Shown here: piece after piece, positions 1 through 10,749 of the stretch | How the letters are laid out: the number at the start of each line of letters is the position of its first letter | Position numbering within the stretch: position 1 is the stretch's first letter | Origin: Ramazzottius varieornatus | Taxonomy: Eukaryota > Animalia > Tardigrada | DNA: 64,000 nucleotides | Reading direction: 5' to 3' | NCBI GenBank assembly: GCA_001949185.1 | Contig: BDGG01000003.1 | Location: forward strand, 1,710,725-1,774,724 | The notes under the pieces: model-generated | What the model saw: the letters and a program-made list of their open reading frames with translations, nothing else | Databases searched by the model: none | What the model was told of the DNA's origin: nothing | Translations under genes and position numbers: made by a program

Positions 1-2620
1 AGAAAAGAAAGACTACTCCTCTGCGACGTTCTCCGTCATCAACCCGAAACTTCTCAACTACCGCTACGAATTCCAGAAGACGGTCGGGAAAAGTGGTATG
101 TCAGCGCTGCTACCTGATACAGGGTTGCCGGCGAAGAATAGTCGGGGACTGTCCAAAGGAATACAGCATTTGTTCGTCACGCCCCAACCGAATGTACAAG
201 ACCCGAAAATCTTCATGGACCGATGTACGAGCTTGCGTTCCTTTTAAGATGCATGGTTTTATTTTGACATTATTCTTACAGTTATGAGCTTGGATAAGGA
301 GTCGCCCAGTTCTTCGAACTTAATTTTCAAGCGCCTGAAGAAGTACAAGGAACTTCAGAGGGATTTCCTCATGATGGTGCATTCCAGTCAGGACCAGGTC
401 ATCCAAGAGGTGCTGCATCAGATGCCGTATCATACCGACGCGCTGCTTCTGATGTGTAGTATTTACGAACGGGACGATAACTATTCCAGTGCTCGACAAA
501 CCATCAGTAAATAACAAATGGAACCATACTCGACACCATTGTTCTCCTAGCTGACGCACGTTTTCAGTCTTATTGTCTTAAAGCGCACGCCAGTTGGGAA
601 AACAGTGTTATCGAGTTTGTTTGCCAAGGTCCCAAGCTCTTTGCTTGAAGATTCCTGGATTCCAAAGAAATGTAATATTGAATATTAATTTTTGGTTTTT
701 GGTTTTAGAGAATGCTCTGTTGTCGCTTCAAAGTTGCTTCGATCATCATCAACGCAACAACCCTCATCTTCACCGGTTCAGCTATGTCCACCCAGCGAAC
801 CGTTCTTACTTCATCGCCCTCTTCAAACATATCCTTCTATCCACTTCACGCTTCCCGCTGACCGCTCTGGAAACTGCGAAATATTTATTCAAGTAATGCA
901 GATCACAAAATATAATTCAGAAATAGTTCAAAATCAAATCGAAAGCAGTTTAAAAAAATCCACAAGCATTTCGAAAACGTTGGAGCATCACTGTTTGTAA
1001 AAGAATCTTGAAGTAAAAAATCTTGAAATATTAGAAAATCTTGAAGTATTCTGCTTCTGATGATCGTGTCACACGATTCGTTTGGGTATTTTTGCAGTTT
1101 GAATCCGAAGGAAGATCCGCTGGCTGTGATTCTGATGATCGACTATCTAGCTCTAAAGGCCAAAGATTATTCGTACCTTTTAGCCTTCTACGATGTTCTC
1201 AAGGACCAAAAGCAGCTGGAAATGCTTCCCAACTACGCCTTCTCCGTGCCTTTGAGTTTATACCTGCAGACCATCCAGTCTAGCTCTGACACGGAAGTAC
1301 CCGAAGAACTCGAGAAAGCGAGCCGAGGGCTGAAAGAAGCGCTGTTGAGGTTTCCCAACACGCTGTGGCTGCTGTCAGAGAAGGTAAAAACGAATTCGCA
1401 AACAGAAATATTTTGATAGCCAGGCAAGCAAAATCGGCAAGAGTGCTTTCCAAGTGGCACACTTCCAGCCATTATATGTCGTAATTAACACTGAACTTGT
1501 ACGCCACTTGGGAGAGTTATATTGTTGCGTTTGTTTGCCGAGCAGCCACTTTGCAGCTTTTATTTTGTTGCTTTCTTGCAGTTGAATTTTCCGGTGGACC
1601 GAGAAGTGTCTTCCTCGCACTTATTTCACAAAGTTCGAAGCGAAAGCAACGACGGGTTGGATATGCTGCAACAACTCTACGTCCGAAGGTGCTCCGACTT
1701 CTGGAAGGAACCTTCGGTGGTGGAATGGCTGAGTGAAACGGCGAAGGCGCTGATAGCTGAAACGGTCACTTCGACTGAAATGCAGGATAAGATCACGCTT
1801 TACAGCAATAAGTAAGGGATTTCGAACTGCTGTTTGACTCGATTGTGGGAAAACGTTGTGGTGGTTTTTACAGCCGGAAGAAGTTGTACCGGGGAACTCC
1901 CAGCAGCATTTGGCGGCATATCATACTGCTGAACATTCCGGACTCGGAACGCATCTTCAACTTGAGGCTGTTGACGGTTAGGACATGTTGAGCAGCTCAT
2001 CTGGAACGTGGGCAAATGACTTGAACCGGGTCGTTGTCTCAAGTGGCGCAGGTGTTCAGTGCATTCGGCTGGATGTATGCGTCACTCGGGAGAACGATCT
2101 GGTTCAAATCAGTTGTTCACGTTCCATCTGTGGCACCATTTTGGTGGTGGTGGAAAAATTAATGTATTACTGGAGTATTTTTGTAGGAGTCCCAGAGTTT
2201 TATTTTCCCCTTCGATCCGATTCCGCCCAAGAATTCCGAAGAGCGGGATGAATGGGACCTTCGCGTCCATCTTTCACCGGAGAGTCCTAGGCGACCAGCT
2301 GCGGCTACCCCGACGGTGGTGATACCGGAAGGAGAAGCTGCAGGGGACGTAGTGCAACGGGTCGTGCAGGCAACCGGGCTGTTCTTCCGGATGCTGTTTC
2401 CGTCCACTGCAGTCCAGGCTGCCGTAGCTGAACAGGTATGAACTTTGATTTTGCTCTATCCAACGCACTGACTTGACGGACTCTTGTGTTACAGGACGCT
2501 TCTTCCATCCTTGGTGGCGATATCGTGATGGGTGCTGCCATTTCCGAACAGGACGAGAACGGCGACGAGCTGCGGGCAAGCTTGGAAACTGTGGCTTCGC
2601 GGGCTAGCAGGAAACTCTGA
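1..2620 (+). CDS. TCF25: TCF25/Nulp1 (Rqc1-like ribosome quality control factor), multi-exon, 5' end outside window
   Basis: Spliced exons encode PYHTDALLLMCSI, FSYVHPANRSYFIALFKHI, TALETAK, SLNPKEDPLAVILMIDYLALKA, LPNYAFSVPL, ALLRFP and FDPIPPK, typical of the Tcf25 domain. GT-AG introns include 507-708, 1384-1581 and 1977-2186; the last exon 2495-2620 ends in TGA. Confidence 0.9.
520..634. mobile_element. Palindromic MITE-like element, copy 1 (TCF25 intron)
   Basis: ACTCGACACCATTGTTCTCCTAGCTGACGCAC...GCCAGTTGGGAAAACAGTGTTATCGAGTTTGTTTGCC. Confidence 0.75.
1423..1545. mobile_element. Palindromic MITE-like element, copy 2 (TCF25 intron)
   Basis: CCAAGTGGCACAC...GTACGCCACTTGGG with GGCAAGCAAA / TTTGTTTGCC ends. 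Confidence 0.8.
2002..2126. mobile_element. Palindromic MITE-like element, copy 3 (TCF25 intron)
   Basis: TGGAACGTG...CAAGTGGCGCA...TGCGTCACTCG...CACGTTCCA. Confidence 0.8.
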
Positions 2621-2645
2621 CACCTTTTCCGAAATTTTTCTTCAC

Positions 2646-3238
2646 TACGGTCACGCTCAATGGTCATCGCCACCCCATAGTCCTCCTTCGGCTCTCTGTA
2701 TCTTGTGATCCCGTTGTCCGATTCCGATGGTTCAAGCGGCATCATGTAGAGCACTCTTTGTACGTTTTGATCACGTGACCATGATATCGCCGCTTCAATC
2801 AGTCAAGCGGCGAGTATGGGTGCTTTAAGCAAGGAAATGAGGCCTGTTTTTGGAGTCTTGTTTCTCGTCACGTGGCAAACGAAGGGGAAAACCTGAACAG
2901 CCAGAATGTAGCACAGTCATCCCTCTATAGATCGTATCAAAAGAGATCTCTGGGAAAATTTCCGCACGAAAATTTTCCCTATGGGTTCTACAGCCTACTT
3001 TTCCAATGAAATTAAGTAGTCGTATTTTCTTCTTGCTAATTTGTCAACTTTGCTGTATGTAACTATGCTTATCCGAAAGTGCAGTCTTTGAGCTGTTTAA
3101 ATTTGCCACGTGATCAAAACGTACAAAGAGTGCTCTACATGATGCTGCTTGAATCATCGGAATCGGACAACGGGATCACAAGATACAGGGAGCCGAAGGA
3201 GGACTATGGGGTAGCGATGACCATTGAGTGTGACTGTA
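2646..3238. repeat. 132-bp inverted repeat (2646-2777 vs 3107-3238) with 329-bp spacer
   Basis: Direct reverse-complement comparison shows about 6 mismatches, all transitions. Confidence 0.93.
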
Positions 3239-3429
3239 TGTCCTCAGGTATTGCTTCTGGCTCCTGTTTTCTGCTACAGTCCGGTCGTTCGAGAAGTAGA
3301 CATCCTTCTTCCATTTTTATTCTTTACCAGTCAAACATTTACCGTACAGCTTGCCAGAAACAGAAGAGGGTGACGTCAAGAGTCCGCTAACAATCAATAC
3401 GAAAGAAAATCAACACTTCTTTTCCACCA

Positions 3430-4090
3430 TGTGAAAAGCGCCAGATTTTCGAAAGCAATTTCGTGTAGTCGAGCCGTCAACATCTGGCCATCCCTTCATA
3501 ATCCACTTAACCGAATGCAAGGTCGTAAGGGACTTCTTGTACTGCTCAAGGTTTTGAAAGTTCTTTCTGTTTGCTCGGCGATGCTCGGCCTTCGCAGCGC
3601 TTTCGCGTGCCTGAAAAAGGCTTTGATTATTCCTTGATCAAGCGGTTGAATTCTGCTACTCTGTTTCGGAAGCAAGAAAACGAGCTTCACGTGGGATAGA
3701 CTGTCGACCTTATGACCTGATGCGTTGTTCAGCCAAAGCAGAATCTTACGAATCTGTTTTTTCATTTTCTCGTTGAGTTCTGTTAGCCAGAGAGCAAAGA
3801 CAACCCCCGTTATCCAGGCCTTTTTGTTGCTCGCCCAGGTACATCCCGCTTTTTTGAAGTCCAGTTTTGCCTTAGTAAAGGCATGCGGCTTCTTGGATCG
3901 GCCAATGATGAGAGGAGGGAGCTTTTCGCCAGACGCACTGCAGCAAAACATGACTGATATCCGCGAAGGGTAGAGTTCCAGTATCCTCCGCTTTTCACCC
4001 AATGTATGCCTATCGCGTGTTCTTCCTTCACCGACAACATTGAGTTCGATAGTAGGATGAGAAACAGGCCACTTCTGTGGTAAGCGAGTT
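3430..4090 (-). mobile_element. Degenerate Tigger/pogo (CENP-B-like, DDE_1) transposase remnant
   Basis: RISVMFCCSASGEKLPPLIIGRSKKPHAF, SNKKAWIT, RKILLWLNNASGH (catalytic D appears as N) and IQPLDQGIIKAF. The C-terminal W..V..STTRNCFRKSG motif and the upstream part are in different frames, indicating frameshifts. Confidence 0.88.
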
Positions 4091-4907
4091 CCGTTTGCAG
4101 GATACAGGGATCTGTCGGTTGCAAGGCTCCACCGGAAGTGCCTTTCGTTGTTCGATGATTATACGCAAGATATACTCCATTGAACCTCTGTCTGTCGAAC
4201 GGATCCTCAATCTTAAAATGTCTGGCTGAATCTCCAATGCTCGTTTGATAAATACGCGGTGCGACAAGCAGGAGAATGTTCGGAACTTTTAGTAGAGAAA
4301 AAAAGCGTGAGCAACAGGCTGCTTCTGTTGCGTGAATGAACTAACGAACAATAAATCAAAAGTGCTTATGGTGAGCACTTTTGTGTTTTCCAAAATTTTG
4401 CAATTTTGAAATCGAAAAATGGTGTCCACTTCTCGAGCGACCGGACTGTAATGGTACAGCATGGTCTTTTGGGCTTTCTCGTGAGTCGATGAAGGTTGAA
4501 GTTTCACATGAAAGGTTACTGTAGACTCCTTTTCCCGGTAAACGGTGCCACAGAGCCGGACAAGGTCTTTCCGTGGCCCATGGGGTGAACGGTTTGTGCT
4601 CCGGTTTGGCCAGCAGAGAAGTTAGTCGACTGCCTTTGTTCTCGCCTCCCGTAGAACGTACGAACCCAAACAGAACGGATTATCTGTGACTGTTGTCCTC
4701 GTACGTTTAAACTTTGAATGCTGTCAGAGTTCATCTAATGTAGGGTCTGATCAGTGCCGACGGTTGAAGAAGGCTGAACAAAGCAGACCCAGGGTTCCCC
4801 TCAGCGATCATCTGCCTCTAAATTGTCTTGCTGATCCACTAGTCCCACTGTGCTTCGAGGTATGGAGGAGTGAGATTTCGCTTCTCTGAACTATCTAGTC
4901 TTCCATG

Positions 4908-5787
4908 ATGGAGACCCAAATACTGGATTTTGGTTAGTATCAGTCGCCTGGCTCGAGGGACTCGTTTGCGAATGAGCTTGCGCATACGGTGGAGAGTGTG
5001 GGGCTCGTATCTGGAAAGCCACGGTATCGACTCCGAACAGGTAAGAATAGTTCTGTCTAGATTTCAAAGAAAGCTTACGCTTACATCTGAAATTTTTCTT
5101 TGCAACTTCTTTATTTGCTCTTATCTGCAGAGCGATAAGGCGGATAAGGCCGCGGTGTAGTACTTTAATCAGGAATTCTCGGTTAAGAAACAGTTCCCTA
5201 ACGCCGTCCCTGCATGATGACGGGAAACACAGCGAAATTGGAACCGAAAGGTATACGACGAGACTATACCATACGAGTTACCATCAAATACAATGCGTCT
5301 TGTACTCTCTACTGGAGTCACACGACTTATAACACTGATTGATGGTAACAAGTACCATGTGAGGGGGCTTAGAAATGGAAACCACGAATAACAAGTTCGT
5401 ATACCAGCTCCACCTGTCACAGGAATCGTCGTAGTGAATACTCGCGACATTCTTCAGTTCTGAACCTATGGTGTGAAAGCAACGGTATGAGATGCGTAGA
5501 CGGTTGAACTTGTGTTTGCGGAAGCCGTCATTTTTGTTTTTGCCCCATACGTAGAGCCGGTAGAGGCACCGTGTGCGAGCTGTGGACAGTCAGCAGAACA
5601 CGAAGGTTCGCCGCAGTATAGCGTTCTTCGCGGAGCCGGACTTCGATGCGGTGGTGGAAAGTCTGGAACCGCGCTACTTCTTCAAGCCAAAAGCCAAAAG
5701 GACTACCTACTGAATCGCTTTCGTAATGCCTATCACTACGAAGAACGTCAAGAGTTCGGTTTCATGAAACTTCAACTCGCGAGTTGA
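4908..5787 (+). pseudogene. Pseudogenised tandem copy of the 2OG-Fe(II) dioxygenase
   Basis: Collinear similarity to 6382-7783 with shared intron positions. It has an in-frame TAG after DFG, TGG changed to TGA after ILQF, frameshifts, and a deletion of the region encoding HTD. Upstream DNA is also duplicated (about 4450-4550 vs 5870-6005). Confidence 0.88.
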
Positions 5788-6381
5788 GGTATGCGATCAG
5801 CGTTAGCTCGACCGCCGCTCGGCTTTTCATTCCACAGTAGCATTGCCCTTCTGACTGGATGGTGCTGCTACTGCAGCATAATTGTTTTGGGCTTTCTCGC
5901 TAGCAAGAAGATGGCTAAGGCTTCATACTATGAAGTTCATAGTATATAAGTTCATAGTATATATGGAAGTTTAAAGTTCCCTTTCCCGGGAAACAGCGGT
6001 ACACGTAGCGCAAAGTCCATTCGATTGTCAAATGTTTGTACCCAGCGCGCATTATTGCTGCGCTTTAGGAACCAGCAAAAAAGTCGGTCGATCGTTCGGT
6101 CAGCCATGTTCTCATCTGTAGTGAAACATACGAACCGCTTATCTTTCTTTGATCGAATGATCGTCCTTAGAAAGTTCAGATGAGGAAAGCCATCAAGGTT
6201 CATCTGGTCAAGCTTGTGCCTGATTAATATCGAGGGAGGTCGAAGAGGGTACTGTGACCATCTGACTGTGTATCGTCTTGCTGAATCGATCACTAGTCCC
6301 CCCGTGAGTTTCGAAGGTATGAGGAACTGAAATTCCGTTCCTTCGAGCCGTCCTCCAAACTGTCCTCCAATCTGTGGCAGA

Positions 6382-7783
6382 ATGGAAATTCCAATATTGG
6401 ATTTCGGTCGGTATCAATCGGCGGACTCGAGAGCCTCACTGGCAGATGAGATTGTGCATACTCTAGAGACTGTGGGGTTCCTCTATTTGAAAAACCACGG
6501 TATCCCGTCCCAGCAGGTGAGAATAGTTTAACCTCAGGCAGTATCAAAGTACGGCTGCAGTACCATGAGAGTTTTTCTTTGAAATTTAATCATCGTGTAT
6601 GCCCGTATTTATTTTTTCTATCATACATCATATCGTTCACAGATCGATCAGGCGGATGCAGCCGCAGTGGAGTACTTTGGTCAGGAGCTCTCGGTCAAGA
6701 AACAGTTCCCTCGTCCCAGTGTTATGACGGAAAACCCAGGAACTGGTTACTGTGAAATTGGAACCGAAAGGTGCGATCGTACGAGCCAGTCTTGAAAGTT
6801 TCTCGGTCTTCCACCACCATGATTGTTTGGTGCGTGATGGTGCAATTAAATTCACACCGCCCTTTCGGTAGGCTGTACGAATCCAGTGTGAAGGAAGTGA
6901 AAGAGACGTTTGATTTTATCCTCTCAGATCTTCCTGTGAGTGCCGGCTCTGCAGAGCGAGTCTTAATTTTTCTCAAACCGGACTTCTCCGAAGACTATTG
7001 AAGTACACCAGGATATGTTGAACGGCGAAGGGATCCCGTAAATTCTGCCTTTGCTCTAGGAAGGAAAAGCTAAATCGGCCAAGGTTCTCATCGGGCCTCT
7101 AACCAACCTATTCAACTCCTGCGCCAAGCTAACCCTTGAACTCTTCCACTGTATCGCTCTGGGTTTGAAGTTACCCAACGAAAACTACTTCGAGGACAAA
7201 CACAGAAGAATGGGCGGTCGTGATGCGAACAGCACGGCACTTCGAGTTCTTCACTACCCACCCTTCGACTCGGCGCAGAATGAGGAGAACGCAACACGTC
7301 TCGGAGCCCATACTGACTGGTGCTCCATGACCATTCTTTTTCAACGAGGAGTCGGAGGTCTAGAAGTGGAGACCGCGGACAACAAGTTCATCCCAGCGCC
7401 ACCCATCGCGGAAACTGTCCTAGTGAACATAGGCGACATTTTGCAGTTCTGGACCTGTAGCCGGTTGAAAGCAACGGTATACAGTAATATGTATGTCGAT
7501 GTCGAACTTTTGTTTGGGGAACTTAATTATCGTCTTTGGCTTTCCTGTACTGTAGACGCATCGTGTGCGGGCTGTGGACAGTGAGCAGAACTCGAAGGTT
7601 CGCCGCAGTATAGCGTTCTTCGCGGAGCCGGACTTCGATGCGGTGGTGGAAAGTCTGGACCCACGGTACTACTTCAAGCCAGAACCGGCTGGCGAGTACA
7701 TTCTGAACCGCTTCCGTCATGCATATCACTACCAAGAACGTCGAGACTTCGGCTTTATGAAACCTCAATACGTCAGCGATTAG
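6382..7783 (+). CDS. 2-oxoglutarate/Fe(II) dioxygenase (DIOX_N plus 2OG-FeII_Oxy, IPNS-like family), 5 exons, about 323 aa
   Basis: Exons 6382-6516, 6643-6770, 6872-6935, 7060-7476 and 7556-7783 splice in frame. Motifs MEIPILDF, GFLYLKNHGI, LRVLHYPP, GAHTD, VNIGDILQFWT, THRV and RRS give the HxD...H facial triad and RxS. Confidence 0.92.
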
Positions 7784-9182
7784 CTATAATAAGGCCTCAG
7801 GTAGCGACTTACGCTCTTCAACATTAGGCTCTCGCCAGCAAATTTTCGTGCGTTAATGTCCGCACAAAAATTGTTAGCGAGCTTCGCAAGTCTATTTGGC
7901 AGGCTTGTGGTGAATCTGAATGCAAACGTGATTTTGCTATATGGCATTCATATCTGTTCCGCGTGTGACAGACATGTTTCCCAGAACAAATGTTGATATT
8001 CGAATGCCCTTTGTCTCGTGGTTGCAAATTAGATGTTTCAATATACGTATGTATGCGACTGTCATCAGTCATCCTTATTGCTAGAACGCCGGTAACGAAG
8101 TCGAGGAGGGGGATAGCGCAGTTGAAATTTAAAACCGAGTACGAGTCAGCGCCACCTGTTAAAAGTTCCGTTCTGGTATCCGTCCGTGATGATCTGTCGT
8201 TCTGGAATCTGGACATTTGGTCGCCTTCGAGCGACGGTATGGTACCTCTTCGCCGTATCGTCCGAATGGCTAGATTGGTACATTGTTTGGTGGTTTCGGA
8301 AATGCATCGAGAACCCTCAAGCCGTTCGCATGATAGTCTTCCGCTTCATGCAGGATTTCGATACCTCGATGGAGATTCGATCCAGACCGAAAAGTCTGTT
8401 TCAAGCCTCGGACTGTTAGGAAACACATTGCAAAATGTATGGAAGCACCCCATATTTACCAAGAAATAAGATCATTATGCACTCTTTGTGAATGTGCGGA
8501 CACGAAAACCAGTTTGACCGAGTTTCTTCCAAATAATTCTTTTTTTTCCGACGAAATTCGCATTGACCAGGCAACGAACTGCCTACATCAACGCAAGATT
8601 CGCTGCGCTACTCTCCAGCACGTCTATCGTACTATGTATAATGATGGTAGAAAAACCAACTTGTGACGGGAATTTTAACGATACAAGTGCATACTAAGCT
8701 AAAATAGAAACTGATTATTCTTGTGACGACGCGCCAGAGACCGTCGATTGAAAGTACGAACGTGTACTAAACAGGCGAGAACCATCTGAATGCGCGGTGC
8801 GACAAGATTTAGCGTCTAGACAAGTTCCGGTGAGGGGCGTTACTGTTAGCAATTACCCCAGAGTGACAGCCTTTGTTTGAGGAGTAATAAGTCACAGCCG
8901 CTGTCTCGTTTATCTACAGTATTCCGCCCAAGGGTGGTGCATCAGTGAAATGACGTCAAGGGTTTCCCACTTCACACCGGTGCAACCCGGATATGGTCGT
9001 AAAACGTGTCTTGATCACGAGAGCATCTTTCTTTGTTCAAAATCATTGTTTCTTTTCTTGTTCCTAGAACAATCCTACTTACATATTTACAGTTGTGATC
9101 AGTGAGGTTTGAGCCTTGTGTTGGGTTCTCCTGTTATTGAATGGTCTGACTTTTAAACTGTGTGCAAATCACTTCATCAATC

Positions 9183-10205
9183 ATGCCTTTCGTGATCGGC
9201 AAAACGGATGTTTCAAACCAGGAATATCGCTATATTTACGAGCACGTCGAAGTTTGGCGAATCGACCAGGACACAGGAGAAATTGTCCTCATCGAAGTTG
9301 GCGAAGAATGCAACTGGGGCGAACAGCATAGCGGGATGGTCAACACAAACTACGGCGCCAGTTTGGCCGAGGATCCGGAAGAAGCGCATTTTAGGGAGTC
9401 AACCGATACCCCGACTTCCTCGTTCGTATCATTCGGAAGCTACCGCAAGCAACACCCGCAAGAAGTCGACTGCGGCGGCGTGTACTTTCCAAAGACCGAC
9501 GCGACGATGACAGAAAGGATGGACCCGTACGATGCCGATTCTTCGGTAACTTCTTCGGGTATCAATGCAGGGCCAACCCACTCATCTTTGGTCCAGCCCA
9601 AGTCCAACTTACCGGCTGTAGCTTCAACATCGTCATTTTGTTCGTATCGTGACGATGTCGAAGTCTCCCAAGAAGCCGCATACCCCAAAGCCCGCTTTCC
9701 AAAATGCGCCGTAGTAAAATCAAGAGGACTACCAAGCGTGAAGTTTTATGGCTCTGGCTCTTTTCGTACGGACAGTAATGAGATAGATTCGCCGCGGGTA
9801 CGCTCTGCGGATCCAGACAGCGTCTCGGTTTCCTCGTTCGTGTCCTACTGCAAACCACCTCGAAAAGATGTCGATCCCACTGCGGAAGGGTACTCTTCCG
9901 AGATTTCAGCAAAGGCATCCGGGGAGACATTGGATTTGGACGAGTGCAAACCCATTCCGCCTCTTCGTTCAAAGATGGCACCACCATTCAAACTGTCCAG
10001 TACAGAGCCGACCGGTCTGGTAGTGCCTTCGTTCGTGACTTATTGCGAGGAGCCGCCACAACATCTGCGCCGCGGTCACGCTGTCCTTCCAAGTCCTGCT
10101 GTGGAAGTAGCCGTAGAGAAATCAAGCATCAAGCTGAAACTGCATTTGAACTTTGCGAAACCGAGCAGCGCCCACACTTCGAAGCTGCTTTCTGGAGCAC
10201 CATAA
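9183..10205 (+). CDS. Intronless orphan protein (about 340 aa), Ser/Pro-rich, with a recurring SF[VC][ST][YF] motif
   Basis: 1-kb stop-free frame from ATG 9183; no recognisable domain. Confidence 0.65.
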   Translation: MPFVIGKTDVSNQEYRYIYEHVEVWRIDQDTGEIVLIEVGEECNWGEQHSGMVNTNYGASLAEDPEEAHFRESTDTPTSSFVSFGSYRKQHPQEVDCGGVYFPKTDATMTERMDPYDADSSVTSSGINAGPTHSSLVQPKSNLPAVASTSSFCSYRDDVEVSQEAAYPKARFPKCAVVKSRGLPSVKFYGSGSFRTDSNEIDSPRVRSADPDSVSVSSFVSYCKPPRKDVDPTAEGYSSEISAKASGETLDLDECKPIPPLRSKMAPPFKLSSTEPTGLVVPSFVTYCEEPPQHLRRGHAVLPSPAVEVAVEKSSIKLKLHLNFAKPSSAHTSKLLSGAP

Positions 10206-10749
10206 TTATGCACTTTGATGTGCGTTCTGGCAGTTACGTGTCCATGTCTCTAGTTATTATTATCAAACCACTGTGCATGGCTTAGATTCTTGTCCAGACG
10301 GCTAAAATCAGTCCAACTCGTGCCTGCAGGACTTCAACACAACCTGGACCCGGTAGAATATTCCACGTATCTCTTTTCCGTCAAAATTTCATTCTTGCCC
10401 TTACGCACTTATTTTATGCGCGGTTCGTAAAATATTGTTTCCGGAAATCCTTTCGAGTCCTTTGTAATTATGCCTTGTCTTCTTCAATGCAAAGCAAGCT
10501 TAGCAACGGACGCCGCTAGGTGTGAGCTGCCATCTTGGAGGTTACCGGGAAGACGTGAATCGTTTTTTGTCTGGTTTGACTTATCTCCCGCGTGAATGCC
10601 CCATCTCTCTTTGCGGTACTCCCAACACTGCGCACGATCCTTATCCCGAGCGACGTGATCGTGGTCTTGACGTATTGCCACGCCTGTGTCAGATATTCCT
10701 GCAAGGTCTTGCCAGACCTGTAATACATATCCGAGTAAAGCAGTCGGCC

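Noticed and set aside
2305-2754. 149-aa minus-strand ORF and the similar ORF 3079-3390
   Set aside because: By-products of the inverted repeat and the TCF25 antisense strand; no domain or gene structure.
6382-7783. IPNS-like enzyme as evidence of antibiotic biosynthesis or horizontal transfer
   Set aside because: The fold is a generic 2OG oxygenase common in animals; four introns and no biosynthetic cluster nearby.
7824-8469. Overlapping ORFs of 130-159 aa on both strands
   Set aside because: No recognisable motifs or consistent splice model could be built.
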